Positions 1 to 11,550 of a DNA stretch of 64,000 nucleotides are shown here, piece after piece; within the stretch, counting starts at the first letter, position 1, and the number at the start of each line of letters is the position of its first letter. The stretch lies in the NCBI GenBank assembly GCA_963813715.1, contig CAWFAK010000005.1:1440001-1504000 (forward strand), read 5' to 3'. The notes beneath the pieces are model-generated. The model saw nothing but the letters and a program-made list of their open reading frames with translations. It made no database searches and had not been told where the DNA came from. Source of the DNA: an uncultured Planctomycetaceae bacterium (lineage in GTDB: Bacteria > Planctomycetota > Planctomycetia > Planctomycetales > Planctomycetaceae). The position numbers were made by a program, and so were the translations under genes.

Positions 1-111
1 CCACGCGGCCGCGCTGCGTTCTTCATTTCTCACGCAGCCCGTCGCGATTCGGCAATGCGGGCCAAAGCGTTTTCTTCCAACAACAGGACGTTTTCATCGG
101 GAGGTGACACG

Positions 112-1380
112 ATGGTGCCGCAGTTGCTTACGTTATTGCGCTCTCGTCCCCGGGCTCGGTCCCGCGCTCTGATGGTCCTTTCGCCGAACTGTCCCGCCGT
201 CGAGAATCTCGAGGAACGCACGCTGCTGACGGCCGCGGTGACGTCGGCGCCGACGCTGGCCATCCTCAACGGAAACTTCACCGGTAGTTATTCCGGTCAG
301 ATCAGCGTCAACAATAACGGCACCGTCACGAAGTCCGCCGTCGCCTCGACGGCGTTTTCGATGGCGATCAGCAACGGCGCCATCACGTTTACCACGCCTG
401 TCGGCAACGGCACGGGAACGGTGACGGTGGGCCGGGCCATTTCCGGCACCGTCGAAGCACCGTATCAAAGCACCACGGTGCCGGTTACGGTCACCGGTAA
501 CATCACGAACGTCAACGCCGTTCAGACGTACGCGAGCGGCAAGTGGACCTTCTCGGTGAACCTCGGCGGCGGCGTCACGGCGACCGGCAGCGGAACGTGG
601 ACAGCCAGCGCACCGCAGATCCTGAGCAACTTCGACGGCAACTACGCCGGCACGTACCAGGGGACGATCACCACCAACACGAACGGCTCGATTTCGACGA
701 CGCCGGTCTCGCCGGGCACGTTCATGGCCGCGATCAGCAACGGCGTGATCACCACCGCCTTCCCCAGCGGCAGCGGGCTCACCGCGGTGTCGGGCTCGAT
801 TAATGTCACCGGCCGCGTGAACAGCACGGCCACCTTCGTCGAGGACGGCGTGACGATCACGGTCACCGCCTCCGGGCCGACCTCCCGCGGCCTGACGGGA
901 GTCAACGGCACCGGCAACTGGAGCTTCAAAGCCAACCTTCCCGGCGGCGTTTTCGTGACGGGCACCGGCACCTATACGTTGGAAAGCATCCTGGTCCTCG
1001 ATGGCTCCTACGCCGGCACTGCGGTCGGCAACGTGACGGAGAATGACAACGGGACGATCACCAACAACCCGATCCCGGGCAGCCTTCTCAGCAACAACAC
1101 GGTCGACGTGACGATCTCCAACGGCACCGTGACCTTCTCGGCCCCCGGAGTCCCGGCGACCGGCACGGGCACGATCGATTTCGACGGCAACATCACGGGA
1201 ACGGCGACCTTCACCGACAATAGTGTGACCGTGACGATCTCGCTCGCCGGCACGGGCATGCCGACGGCGTCGGGCAATGTGCTCAATGGCACCTGGACCA
1301 TCCCGTCCACCGACGTCGGCGGCGGAGTGACCATCTCCGGTTCCGGCACCTGGAGCGCAACGCCCGTGACGGCCGTCTAA
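112..1380 (+). CDS. Planctomycete extracellular protein with three tandem Thr/Gly/Ser-rich beta domains
   Basis: ATG at 112 after GGAGGT. N-terminal VENLEERTLLT (LEPR-xLL-type planctomycete motif). Three ~125-aa repeats start LNGNFTGSYSG / FDGNYAGTYQG / LDGSYAGTAVG and end GxGT(W/Y). Confidence 0.75.
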   Translation: MVPQLLTLLRSRPRARSRALMVLSPNCPAVENLEERTLLTAAVTSAPTLAILNGNFTGSYSGQISVNNNGTVTKSAVASTAFSMAISNGAITFTTPVGNGTGTVTVGRAISGTVEAPYQSTTVPVTVTGNITNVNAVQTYASGKWTFSVNLGGGVTATGSGTWTASAPQILSNFDGNYAGTYQGTITTNTNGSISTTPVSPGTFMAAISNGVITTAFPSGSGLTAVSGSINVTGRVNSTATFVEDGVTITVTASGPTSRGLTGVNGTGNWSFKANLPGGVFVTGTGTYTLESILVLDGSYAGTAVGNVTENDNGTITNNPIPGSLLSNNTVDVTISNGTVTFSAPGVPATGTGTIDFDGNITGTATFTDNSVTVTISLAGTGMPTASGNVLNGTWTIPSTDVGGGVTISGSGTWSATPVTAV

Positions 1381-1411
1381 AGCCCGAGTGGCTGATCGCA
1401 GGCAGTCCCCC

Positions 1412-1439
1412 AGCGACCCCGAAAGGGGTCGCTTTTTTT
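1412..1439 (+). terminator. Rho-independent terminator
   Basis: AGCGACCCC-GAAA-GGGGTCGCT followed by a T run, just after the stop at 1380. Confidence 0.9.
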
Positions 1440-1784
1440 GTCGCCGAGGGGCGCGAAAGTCGGTCGCCAGCAGCAGGGGCTCATCGCACGACCGAGCGGA
1501 AACTTTAGCCGAAGTGGGAGGCAGGCTTTGTAACAATTACAGGCACTCGCGGCCTCGCGGGTCGAATGACGACAACAAACCTCGAGAACGCGAATTTCGT
1601 AATGAATTGTCGCAGAAATACTTACGGCGTTTCCTACCTCGGTCAAAGATTTCTCTGTGGGAGTTTTGGGTAAATGGTTTAAACTTTGCTCCCTGCCTTA
1701 CCAATCGGCTGGATCTGCCGGTTGGCGGACGAATGGAATTCGCCGCTTCTGTTTGGGAAACGATCTCAGGGAAGAGATACTCGC

Positions 1785-3140
1785 ATGGATGCTCGGCATT
1801 TGCGCCTGGCCGTGTTTGTTCCCGCCCTTCTGCTTCTGACCGCCTCCTCTTCGCTGGCAGCCGGTTACTCGTACGCGACGCCGAACTTCGTCGTCAATGC
1901 GCCGAGTGCGGAGTTTGCCAAGCAGGTTGGCGACACCGCGGAACGCTTTCGAGCGCTGCTGGCGCACGAATGGCTCGGTCATGAATTGCCCCGCTGGTAT
2001 CGTCCTTGCCAGGTGACGATCACCCAGGTCGGACAGGTCGGAGCGGGTGGCGCGACCACGTTCACCTTTGCGGCCGGCCAGGTCTTTAACTGGAACATGC
2101 GGGTCCAGGGCACCGCCGAACGCATCCTCGACAGCGTGATTCCGCACGAAGTCAGCCATACGATTTTCGCGAGCCACTTTCGCCGCCCGCTGCCCCGCTG
2201 GGCCGACGAAGGCGCCGCGTCGCTGGTCGAACACGAATCGGAGCGCCGCCGCCAGTTGATGCTGCTCCGGCAAGTCTTCCACACGCCGCAGCGGATTCCG
2301 CTGCCGCAGCTGATCGCCATGAAGGAATATCCCAGCGACATGCAGAGCGTCCTCACGCTGTATGCCGAGGGTTACTCGCTGGCCGATTACCTCGTGCAGT
2401 CGGGCGGCAAAGAGCGCTACCTGCGGTTCCTGCAAGATGCTCACGATCGGGATTGGAACTACGCCATCCACACCTACTACGGCCTCGACGACGTGGCCTC
2501 GCTCGAGCGGCACTGGAGCGAGTGGGTGACGCAGGGCAGCCCCGAGCTCGAAATGCCACGCGGCCAGATGATGGCCCAGGCGGACACTCACGGCCGCCAG
2601 CCGGTCATTCGCTCACAGAGCCCGGACGCCGCGTCTGATCCCGGCGATCCGGCGCCGGCGCCGACCAGCCGCGTCGCTCGTCCGTTCCCCCGCGCCGAGG
2701 AGCCCGAAGCACCGTCCCCCGTCGATCGCCGCGCGTTCAGCGTCCGCGGCGAGCAGGCGCAGCCGACATCTCCCGCCGCGAACGACGCCGAAAACAACGC
2801 ATCGGCCAACCCATCGGTCGACGCGACCCAGGCAGCGGCATTGCAGCGGGAAGGTCGTCAGCGACTGGTCAGCGCCGGCTGGCAAGCGACGGCCCGCTCC
2901 TCGTCAAATTCGGGCGCGACTGTCGTCGCCCCGGCCGCCGTCGCCGCTCAACAAACCCATTCGGACGACCGGTCCGCGGGCGAATCTTCCGCTCGACGCC
3001 GGTTCCGCACGGCGAAAGAACGCCACGCCCAAGAGGTGGAGGCGGCCAACAACTCTGCCAGTCCCGTCGAAGAAGCAAGGCCCGAGGTCAGCGACCTCGA
3101 TCTGGCCCACGCACAAACTCCCTTTCACGTCGAGGATTGA
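1785..3140 (+). CDS. Secreted zincin metallopeptidase (peptidase MA-like) with disordered C-terminal tail
   Basis: Signal peptide; HEVSH (HExxH) followed by PRWADEG and LYAEG; low-complexity Pro/Ala tail. Confidence 0.75.
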   Translation: MDARHLRLAVFVPALLLLTASSSLAAGYSYATPNFVVNAPSAEFAKQVGDTAERFRALLAHEWLGHELPRWYRPCQVTITQVGQVGAGGATTFTFAAGQVFNWNMRVQGTAERILDSVIPHEVSHTIFASHFRRPLPRWADEGAASLVEHESERRRQLMLLRQVFHTPQRIPLPQLIAMKEYPSDMQSVLTLYAEGYSLADYLVQSGGKERYLRFLQDAHDRDWNYAIHTYYGLDDVASLERHWSEWVTQGSPELEMPRGQMMAQADTHGRQPVIRSQSPDAASDPGDPAPAPTSRVARPFPRAEEPEAPSPVDRRAFSVRGEQAQPTSPAANDAENNASANPSVDATQAAALQREGRQRLVSAGWQATARSSSNSGATVVAPAAVAAQQTHSDDRSAGESSARRRFRTAKERHAQEVEAANNSASPVEEARPEVSDLDLAHAQTPFHVED

Positions 3141-3362
3141 TCGCTTCGCCGATCGGTTCCCGGATTCCTGACACCCAAACACCTGACAAGTGTCCGCAGT
3201 GCGAAGGTTGGCGTGGCTCTGGACGCCCGCACCGGCAATCCGGCTTCCCGCAGGGCCGGCCTGTCGAAGGTCGTTTACGACTCGGCCAAATATCCCTGGT
3301 CCCTCCGCTCCCTAACGGGTAAGTGACCGAGTCACAAATCGAGCCCGCGTCGACCAACGCAC

Positions 3363-3400
3363 AGAACGAGCCATCGCTTTCGGTGGCTCGTTCTTTTTTT
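3363..3400 (+). terminator. Rho-independent terminator
   Basis: AGAACGAGCCATCG-CTTT-CGGTGGCTCGTTCT followed by a T run. Confidence 0.85.
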
Positions 3401-3532
3401 GGTTGCACGAAACGCTCGTTGCATGCCCATGGTTGTGAGACCGTCCGGAAGCGCTAGAATACCACTGGCCGGCCACTGTCCGACCGCCCGCAGTCCTTCG
3501 TGGACATTGTCCACTGTCGGCTTGGCCGGGCC

Positions 3533-3604
3533 TTCGGATTGCTGGCTGTCTTCAGATTGCTGACTGTCTCAAGGTTGTTGACGGTCTTGAGCATTGCCGG
3601 CTTT
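3533..3604. repeat. Degenerate 18-bp tandem repeat (4 units) upstream of sodA
   Basis: ttcggattgctggctgtc / ttcagattgctgactgtc / tcaaggttgttgacggtc / ttgagcattgccggcttt. Confidence 0.6.
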
Positions 3605-3674
3605 CGCAGCTTTGTGTTCGGCATCAACTTTGTCTGGGCATTCACGGCACACGACGGTTGAAGGAGATCCTCAC

Positions 3675-4283
3675 ATGGCGTACACGCTTCCCGATCTTCC
3701 CTATCCCGAGAACGCGCTCGAGCCGCACATCGACGCGCAGACGATGAACATTCACCGCACCAAGCACCATCAGGCTTACATCAACAATGTGAACGCGGCC
3801 CTCGAGAAGCATCCCAACCTGGCCAACAAGCCGATCGACCAGTTGATGCGCGAGCTTTCGTCCGTTCCGGAAGACATCCGCACGGTCGTGCGGAATAACG
3901 GCGGCGGTCATGCCAACCACAGCCTGTTCTGGACGATCTTGGGCCCGAAGGCGGGCGGCGATCCGTCGGGCGATGTGGGTCAGGCCATCACCAGCACGTT
4001 CGGCAGCGTGGCCACGTTTCGCGAGCAGTTCGCCAAGGCGGCGACCACGCGGTTCGGCAGCGGCTGGGCCTGGCTGTCGGTCGACAAGGGCAAGCTCGTC
4101 GTCGAGAGCTCGCCCAATCAGGACACGCCGCTCTCCGAGGGTCGCACCCCAATTCTGGGGCTCGACGTCTGGGAACACGCATATTACCTGAAATACCAAA
4201 ACCGCCGGCCCGACTACATCACGGCGTATTGGAACGTGGTGAATTGGGGCGAAGTGAATAAGAGATTCGCCGCCGCCAAGTAA
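3675..4283 (+). CDS. sodA: Superoxide dismutase (Mn-type signature)
   Basis: [53 protein letters not shown]. Confidence 0.95.
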   Translation: MAYTLPDLPYPENALEPHIDAQTMNIHRTKHHQAYINNVNAALEKHPNLANKPIDQLMRELSSVPEDIRTVVRNNGGGHANHSLFWTILGPKAGGDPSGDVGQAITSTFGSVATFREQFAKAATTRFGSGWAWLSVDKGKLVVESSPNQDTPLSEGRTPILGLDVWEHAYYLKYQNRRPDYITAYWNVVNWGEVNKRFAAAK

Positions 4284-4306
4284 TCGCGTCACAAGGTTCA
4301 ACGATC

Positions 4307-4341
4307 AAAGGGCCACTCGTCGAGTCGGGTGGCCCTTTTTT
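4307..4341 (+). terminator. Rho-independent terminator
   Basis: AAAGGGCCAC...GTGGCCCTTTTTT hairpin after sodA. Confidence 0.85.
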
Positions 4342-4405
4342 CGCGCCTGCCGCTGAGTGATTCTGCCGATATTCCCAATGACGGTCTCTGGGGGGAGATT
4401 GCCGG

Positions 4406-4747
4406 ATGAGGGGACATTTCGGGCGATTGGCTTTGGCTGGCTTGGCGACAGCGTGCCTGTCTGCGGGATGCATCATCCCCAGCTACCAACTGCCGGCCGG
4501 CTTTAGCAGCAGCTATCAGCGGCAACTCTACGGAATGGATCCGCCGCCGACCCCCGTTGATGGCGGGCTCTCCGCCCTGACGATGCGCCCGGGAATCTTC
4601 TACCCGGAAACGGCGTTTAACGATCCGCCCGTCGCCTTCGATAGCAACGCCTCGCGCGGGGTTGCTCCTGGACCGCTGGTTCTCGGCACCGATCCGCTGA
4701 GCCCGCCGCCGAAAGTCGCCAAGGCTCTGCCCGACGACATCTATTAG
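4406..4747 (+). CDS. Putative lipoprotein, unknown function
   Basis: Basic N-terminus, hydrophobic stretch, lipobox LSAG-C. Confidence 0.6.
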   Translation: MRGHFGRLALAGLATACLSAGCIIPSYQLPAGFSSSYQRQLYGMDPPPTPVDGGLSALTMRPGIFYPETAFNDPPVAFDSNASRGVAPGPLVLGTDPLSPPPKVAKALPDDIY

Positions 4748-4877
4748 ACGCGGCGGCTTAATGTGACCGCGTTGACTGAGCGGAACGAGCGTCGCTGAAT
4801 TGTGGCTGCGAGCAACCGGGGGCTATCATCAACCCCGTTGCGCTTTCCTCCCTCCGTCCACATTCAGCGAGCCCGCC

Positions 4878-5960
4878 ATGGCGAACTCCCCTGCCCGCAA
4901 ATCGTCGACTTCCCCCTCTCGCCGCAGCTTCCTCAAAACGGCCGGGGCGGCAACATTCGTCGCAGCCGCGGGACCGACGATTCTCCGCGCGAGCGATAAG
5001 GCCGGCAGCAAAGCGCCGGTGCTGGGGACCGGCGAGCAGCAATATGAGGTGGTCAGCCATACGTGGGGCGAGCTGCCCAGCCACATCGTTTGGGGTGAAA
5101 CGCACGGCGTGACCGTCGATGGGGCGGGCTTCATTTACATCAAGCATCGCAACTACGCCAAGACCCCGATGGACGCGATCGTGGTCTTCGATCCCCAGGG
5201 AAAATTCGTCCGCTCCTTCGGCAAGGAGTTTCACCGGGGCGGCCATGGCATCGATCTGCGCAAGGAAGGGAACGAGGAATTCCTCTACCTCTGTGATGTG
5301 CAGCACGGCATCGTCGCCAAGACGACCCTGAAGGGCGAACACGTCTGGGTGAAGTGGACGCCCGAAGAGCCGAACGTTTACACCGGAAACAATAAGTACA
5401 GTCCGACCAATGTCGCCTTCGCTGCCGACGGCGGCTTCTACATCGGCGATGGCTACGGTTCGAATTACATCCATCAATACGACAAGGACGCCCACTGGGT
5501 CCGCACGTGGGGCGGCTTCGGCGATGCACCCGGCAAGATGAAAACGCCTCACGGCCTGTGGCTCGACGACCGTCCCGGCCGGACGCCGTCGCTGGTTGTG
5601 GCCGATCGTGCGAACGCCCGGTTGCAGTATTTCACGCTCGACGGCAAGCACCTGAGCTTCGATCACGACGTCAGCTTCCCCGCCCATTTCGATCTGCGGG
5701 GCGACGTGATGATGGTTCCTGACCTGCACGCCCGCGTTTCCCTGTTTGACAAGGACAACAAGGTCATCACGCACCTGGGCTACGATCCGAACTGGACGAA
5801 GCAGGTGTTGGCCAACAACTTCAAGATGCGGAGCACGCCCAAGGACTGGCAAGCCGGCCGCTTCGTCCACCCCCACGACGCCTGCTTCGACCACAGCGGA
5901 AACATTTTCGTCGTCGAATGGGTGCCAACCGGGCGCGTTTCGTTCCTGCGGAAGGTTTGA
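4878..5960 (+). CDS. Tat-exported NHL-repeat beta-propeller protein
   Basis: SRRSFLK twin-arginine signal; NHL-like blades (HGVTVDG, PTNVAFAADG.FYIGDGY, PHGL, VADRANARLQ, PHDACFD). Confidence 0.8.
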   Translation: MANSPARKSSTSPSRRSFLKTAGAATFVAAAGPTILRASDKAGSKAPVLGTGEQQYEVVSHTWGELPSHIVWGETHGVTVDGAGFIYIKHRNYAKTPMDAIVVFDPQGKFVRSFGKEFHRGGHGIDLRKEGNEEFLYLCDVQHGIVAKTTLKGEHVWVKWTPEEPNVYTGNNKYSPTNVAFAADGGFYIGDGYGSNYIHQYDKDAHWVRTWGGFGDAPGKMKTPHGLWLDDRPGRTPSLVVADRANARLQYFTLDGKHLSFDHDVSFPAHFDLRGDVMMVPDLHARVSLFDKDNKVITHLGYDPNWTKQVLANNFKMRSTPKDWQAGRFVHPHDACFDHSGNIFVVEWVPTGRVSFLRKV

Positions 5961-6150
5961 TTTCCCGGAATCGGCCGTCAGTCCAAGTCCGAGGTCCAAC
6001 TCCCGAGCGCGAACGACGTTGCAAGCGCCGCACTTCGGGGCGATGATGAATTGTGCGGCCACGAGCCCTTGCCAAGCCGGAGGCAAGCCTGCGCTCGCAG
6101 ACTCGCGCGATTCTGCCGCATTCCCGAAGCGCCGCCGACGAGTTCGCTCA

Positions 6151-8015
6151 ATGTCCTCCGAAAATGGCCTCCCCCCGACGGACCGCGGAACCGGGCGGGA
6201 CGCGAGTGCATTTTCACGCGGGCCGTGGCTGGCGTTGTCGACGCAAGTGCTCGGACGGCGCCGGTCGCTCCCGCTGGCGGCGTTTCTCGTCGGCGTGGGT
6301 GCGTTTGCCCTCACCGTGGGGCTGGTGATCAGCAGTTTCTTACAGACCCGAGAAGAGGCCCGCCAACGCTACTTGCAAACGACCAAAACCGAAGTGCGGA
6401 TGCTCGCCGGCGCTGTCGATATGAACACCAAGCCGGCCGCGAACGGGCCGCGCAAATTGGATGTCGAGCAGGTTCGTAAGGCGGTGCTGGAACTCTGGCT
6501 GCAGGCCGGACATTGGATTCCGGCGCCGGACGAAAACTTCGTGATCGTCGACAACCGGAACATGGACGTCATCCTGAATATCGGCGCGCAACGGGCGACT
6601 CCCGATCCGGCGTCATCCGAAACCAACGTGCGCGGCATGGTCGTCGCCGCGCGGGAAAAGCTCGGATTTTCGGCGCTATCGGGTCGCCCCATCCGTTATA
6701 CCGGTGAGTTTCTGGCGCCGACCGGACAGGAAATGCTGGGGTCGTTCTGGGGACTGAGAGGCGGCCAGAGACTGGGTGCTCGCCGTCTATCGCTCCAAGA
6801 ACGGTCTCTACGAATCGGATCCCCGATTCGGGCTCTTCGGCACATCGATCGAATTCACCAGTGTCGGCAGCGTGGTCGTCGCCTGCGTGCTCGCCATGCT
6901 CATCTCGCTGCTCCTGATGTATTACACGTATAACCTCGCGCGGCGCGAACAAGTGCGGACGGAAGAGGCGCGGGCGCGGCTGGCGGCCATCGTGCAGGAT
7001 TCGGACGACGCCATCTTCAGCCAAACCTTCGACGGCCACATCACCAGCTGGAACCGCGGCGCCGAGCAGGTCTTCGGGTTTGCCGAGCCCGAGGCGGTCA
7101 ATCGCGACAGTCGAGCGCTCATCCCTTCCCAGCGAGACGGTGACGAACAAGAAATCATCCGGCAAATCGAGCGCGGCGAATCGCCCCCCGAGCACGCGGT
7201 GGAAGCGATCCGCGTCCGCAAGGACGGGCGGCCGATCCACGTTTTGCAGTCGATCTCGCCGCTGGAAGATTCCAGCGGTCGGCGCGTCGGCGTTTCAATC
7301 ATCGCCCGCGACATCTCGGCCCAAAAGAATCTCGAACGCGAAGTGCTCGAGATCACCAGCAACGAACAACAGCGCATCGGCCGCGACCTGCACGACAGCC
7401 TGGGCCAGGAACTGACCGGCCTGAGCTACCTCGCCAAGGGGCTGACGCAAAAACTGTCGGCCGATGAAAGTCCGCAGACTGCCATCGCCCAGACCATCGC
7501 AGACAGCGTACAACGGGCCCTCCGGGAAGTCCGCACGGCCGTGCAAGGACTCGTTCCCGTCGAGGTCGACGCCGCGGGTTTCATGGCGGCCCTCGAGCAG
7601 CTGGCGACGGAAACGAGCGCCGCGCTGCGGGATCGATTGCCGCGTCGAAGGAGACGAACGCGTCCGCATCGACGACAATGTGGTGGCAACACACCTCTTT
7701 CGCATTGTGCAGGAAGCGATAAACAACGCAGTCAAGCACGCGCAGCCGCGGCAAATCCTCGTCCGCCCCGAGCTGTCCAACGGAACGATCAGCGTCACCG
7801 TCCAGGATGACGGCGTCGGCATTGGCTCGGGCACCTCGTCGCGTAACGGCGGGATGGGGCTGAGAATCATGCAGTACCGCGCGGGCGTCATCGATGCCAC
7901 GCTGGAAGTTCGCCGCCGCGACGGCCAGGGGACGGCCGTCGTCTGCCAGATCAACAACCCGTCCCCCGCCGCCCAGTCGGACTCGTCCGGAAACCATGAA
8001 ACGTACCACAACTGA
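6151..8015 (+). CDS. Membrane PAS sensor histidine kinase (HisKA_3 type), split by two apparent frameshifts (~6775, ~7620)
   Basis: TM segment and periplasmic part; PAS (DAIFSQTFDGHITSWNRGAE); IGRDLHDSLGQEL; HATPase LFRIVQEAINNAVKHA, DDGVG, GMGL, spread over three frames. Confidence 0.85.
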
Positions 8016-8670
8016 AACGCAGCGCGCTCGGATCCTGATCGTCGACGACCACCCGCTGGTCCGCAGCGGCCTGCGGCTGTTAATCGACTGCGAGCCGGAC
8101 CTGGTCGTTTGCGGCGAGGCGGCCGACGCCACCGAAGCGATGCGCCTCTTGGAGAGCCAAAAACCCGATCTGCTGATCGTCGACCTATCGCTCAAGGAAA
8201 GCAGCGGCCTGGAGCTGATCAAGCGCATCAAGATCCGCAACGCGGAAATCAAGATCCTGGTCAGCTCGATGTTCGAAGAGTCGCTCTACGCGGAGCGGGT
8301 GCTGAGCGCGGGCGCGCTGGGATACGTGCACAAGCAGGAGGGCATGGACCGCGTGATCGAGGCGATCCGCTGCGTCCTCTCGGGCCGCGTCTGGTTGAGC
8401 ACGGCGATGAGCGACCGCATGCTGCGGAAAATGACGGCATCGCCCGCGCCGCCGACTCAGTCCCCGGTGCACACCCTTTCCGATCGCGAGCTCGAAGTCT
8501 TCGAGCTGATCGGCCGCGGCCGATCGACGAAAGACATCGCCAAACAGCTGCACCTGAGTGTCAAAACCGTGGAAACGCACCGCGAAAAAATCAAAGCCAA
8601 GCTCGGCCTGGCGTCCGGCGCTGAACTGACCCGCGCCGCCATTCAGTGGGTCATCGAGCAGGGCGGCTGA
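7996..8670 (+). CDS. NarL/LuxR-family response regulator
   Basis: [11 protein letters not shown] receiver domain; LSDRELEVF...[13 protein letters not shown]. Confidence 0.92.
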   Translation: MKRTTTETQRARILIVDDHPLVRSGLRLLIDCEPDLVVCGEAADATEAMRLLESQKPDLLIVDLSLKESSGLELIKRIKIRNAEIKILVSSMFEESLYAERVLSAGALGYVHKQEGMDRVIEAIRCVLSGRVWLSTAMSDRMLRKMTASPAPPTQSPVHTLSDRELEVFELIGRGRSTKDIAKQLHLSVKTVETHREKIKAKLGLASGAELTRAAIQWVIEQGG

Positions 8671-8920
8671 CGGGCGGCGCCCCTCTCCCGGCGAGCCCCT
8701 TCCCTAAGGCCGACCGTCGAAAGTGGCGATTTGTTTTGACGGGCTTCCCTAACGTGCGATAGCATAAGCAACTGCCGGGGGTTGAGGGGTGTCCGGGCGA
8801 CGGCCTCGCAAGTAACCGGCTGGCCACGCCACCGGAACAATTTGTCCGGGCATGGCCGCCTCGCCGGCCGAATCCCGTAGTTCTTCCAGTCTTCGCCTGC
8901 TTCCTCGAAGGAGGTGCACT

Positions 8921-10102
8921 GTGTCGCAACGCCGTGCCTTGAAGGGTTTCACCCTGATCGAGCTGTTGGTCGTGATCGCGATCATTGCGGTGCTTGTCTC
9001 GCTCTTGCTCCCGGCCGTTCAACAGGCCCGCGAAGCGGCCCGGCGCACCCAGTGCCTCAACAACCTCAAACAGATGGGTCTGGCCCTGCACAACTATCAC
9101 GACGTGAACCTCGTCTTCCCGATGGGGCAGATCGCCGTGTTGTTCCTCAATCAAACGCCGAACACCGCGTTCCAACACGCCGACCCGACCGAAGCCTCCA
9201 CGTTGACGGCCACTGGGTTGCAAACAACCGGGAACGGCAACGGAAATGGCCAAAACATCATCGGCGGCTTCGGCCTCCACGGCACGAGCTGGATGCTGAT
9301 GATCCTGCCCTTCATCGAGCAGCAGCAGCTCTATAACGAGTGGAACTTCCAGTTCAACGTCCGCGACAACGGCGAACTTCTGACGTCCACCAACCAGTCG
9401 CAGCCGGCGCAGGTCGACGTCGCCTGCTTCTACTGCCCCACCCGCCGTGGCAGCTTGAGCTCCGCCAAATACACGAACGTCCGTCACGTCGACTGGTATC
9501 AGCCTGGCACGATCCCCTGGTCGCGCGGCGGCAACGACTACGGCGGCTGCATCGGCGCCGGCCTGGGCTGGTTCACCACGACGATTCCCATGCCCATGGA
9601 CAACACGGCCACGCCTCCGGTCGTCGATATCGGCACGTTGGAGCTGACCAGTGAACAGATCCAATACCAGGAACTGCTGAACCCCAATGAGATCTACATC
9701 CCCACCGGCAAAGTGTTGGGTCTCTTCTCGGTCAACCGCTCGCTCGGTATTCGCGACATCTCCAACGGTTCCTCCAACGTCATCATGACCGGAGAGGTCC
9801 AGCGGCTGAACGGGACGGACTTGAACGGAAACGGCTCGGTGCTCGACCCTACCGAAACGCAAACGATCAGCTGCGATGGTTGGGCCTGGGGCGGGGCTGC
9901 CACCCTCTTCAGCACGCTGAACCCGCCCAATCGCCCGTTCACGTTCGACACGCCGGGCAGCGATCACACGGGCGGCATCATGCAAGTGGGGCTGGCGGAC
10001 GGCAGCTGCCGAGCCCTGAGCCAGAACATCGATCTCAACACGTTCAACACTTTGGGCTGCATCTCCAACGGAAAAGCGGTCACCAACTGGAACGTTCAAT
10101 AG
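8921..10102 (+). CDS. DUF1559 prepilin-type N-terminal cleavage/methylation protein
   Basis: [52 protein letters not shown]-terminal H...ADGS motif; GTG start after GGAGG. Confidence 0.92.
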   Translation: MSQRRALKGFTLIELLVVIAIIAVLVSLLLPAVQQAREAARRTQCLNNLKQMGLALHNYHDVNLVFPMGQIAVLFLNQTPNTAFQHADPTEASTLTATGLQTTGNGNGNGQNIIGGFGLHGTSWMLMILPFIEQQQLYNEWNFQFNVRDNGELLTSTNQSQPAQVDVACFYCPTRRGSLSSAKYTNVRHVDWYQPGTIPWSRGGNDYGGCIGAGLGWFTTTIPMPMDNTATPPVVDIGTLELTSEQIQYQELLNPNEIYIPTGKVLGLFSVNRSLGIRDISNGSSNVIMTGEVQRLNGTDLNGNGSVLDPTETQTISCDGWAWGGAATLFSTLNPPNRPFTFDTPGSDHTGGIMQVGLADGSCRALSQNIDLNTFNTLGCISNGKAVTNWNVQ

Positions 10103-10125
10103 CGAAGGACCGGTAAACCGCCGCC

Positions 10126-10828
10126 ATGTCGATCCGCTTCTCGTGCAGTTGCGGGCGTAAGCTCAAAGTTTCCGACGAAAAAATCGGAATGAAAGTGCTC
10201 TGCTCATCGTGCGGGGCGACGCTCAAAGTCCCGAAAAAATCGATGGACGAGTACTGGCAGGACGTGCCGGTCAAGAGCGACGCGGCGAAGGTCGACTACG
10301 TCGGCGGGGCCAAGGAATTCTTGATCCACTTCGTGCCGGGCGGGCTCGTCGTCGGCCTGATGTGTTACTTCGCCTACTTCCTCTCGTCCCAGGTCCTCAC
10401 AGGCCACGATAACGTGCCCCCGCTGGGCAAAGTTTCGGGGCGCGTGACGATGGCGGGCCAGCCCCTCGGCAACGCGACGCTGCGATTTGTCCCGAAGGAT
10501 CCGCTCTACGGCGACGGCGAGAACGGCAAGAAGCTGGCGGCGTCGGTGTCGATCGGCGTGACCGATGACAGCGGCCACTACACGCTGCTCTATGTGAAAG
10601 ACGTCTACGGCGCGTACGTCGGCCAGCATCGCGTCGAGATCTCGGCCAAGGACGCCAACGGCCGTGAACGGCTGCGCCCCGACTTCAGCAGCTCGAAGTC
10701 GATGTTATTGCGCGACGTCAAACCCGGCTCGCAAGAACATGGATTTCGAGGTGCAATCCATCGATTCGCCTAGTTCGGGCCCAGCTCCCGCGCCCGTGGC
10801 GGCTCCCGCCCAAGAGCCCCAACCCTGA
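10126..10828 (+). CDS. Zn-ribbon + TM + carboxypeptidase-regulatory-like domain protein (DUF1559 partner); probable frameshift near 10735
   Basis: CSCG...CSSCG; one TM; VSGRVT.AGQPL...[11 protein letters not shown]. The called ORF stops at 10773, but the other frame gives a plausible NMDFEV end stopping at 10828. Confidence 0.65.
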
Positions 10829-10965
10829 TTCTCTCGGTCGCGGATGTCGCCCGCCCCCAACCTTTCCGGCACGCTCTCCATCGCACCCCGAGCGTTGACG
10901 CTCCGCCCCGCCTCGGGCGGCCTGGGCGCTGGCACGGCCGCGTTTCCTGACGTAGGCTGGAGATC

Positions 10966-11259
10966 ATGGTCGAATTGGGCCAAATTCTCCTGCTGGCAGT
11001 CGTTGTGGCCGCGGCGTGGCTCCTGCTGTCGCCCAAGCCCGTCTTCAAAATGCGGGTGGCCCAGGGATCGCTCAAAGTCACGCGGGGGAAAGTGACGTTC
11101 GACCGCCAACAGCAAGCCGCCGAGATCCTCCGACAGTGGCAGATCCGTCGGGGCTGGATCGGCGGCGTTCGGCGCGGCAAAAGCCTCAAGCTCACTTTCT
11201 CCCACAGCGTCCCACCCGGTTGTCGCCAGCAACTGCGGAATTTGTGGACGAACTGCTGA
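10966..11259 (+). CDS. Small N-terminally anchored protein (DUF3634-like)
   Basis: GGAG RBS; TM helix followed by a basic domain ending QQLRNLW. Confidence 0.65.
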   Translation: MVELGQILLLAVVVAAAWLLLSPKPVFKMRVAQGSLKVTRGKVTFDRQQQAAEILRQWQIRRGWIGGVRRGKSLKLTFSHSVPPGCRQQLRNLWTNC

Positions 11260-11550
11260 GTTCGACCCGAGAGCGTGGGACTGCCTGGCTCCAGCGAATG
11301 TCATCACGATGACGGCGCTGTTGCTGGTCGGACACAGCTCACTCTGATGACATATCCATCAGTCGTTCGATGCCGATAAATCGCATCTCGTCCCGCCTGA
11401 GCGACTTACGCAAAAACGCACTACGCCGCCAGAGAATTGGCATCGCGTTCGCTTTTGTCTGAGTCGCGGATCGACAAAAGAAGTCAAAACGATCGATCCA
11501 GCCCTGGCAAGAAAAAACACGTCCTCCCACGAAAAACAAAGGACACAGTC

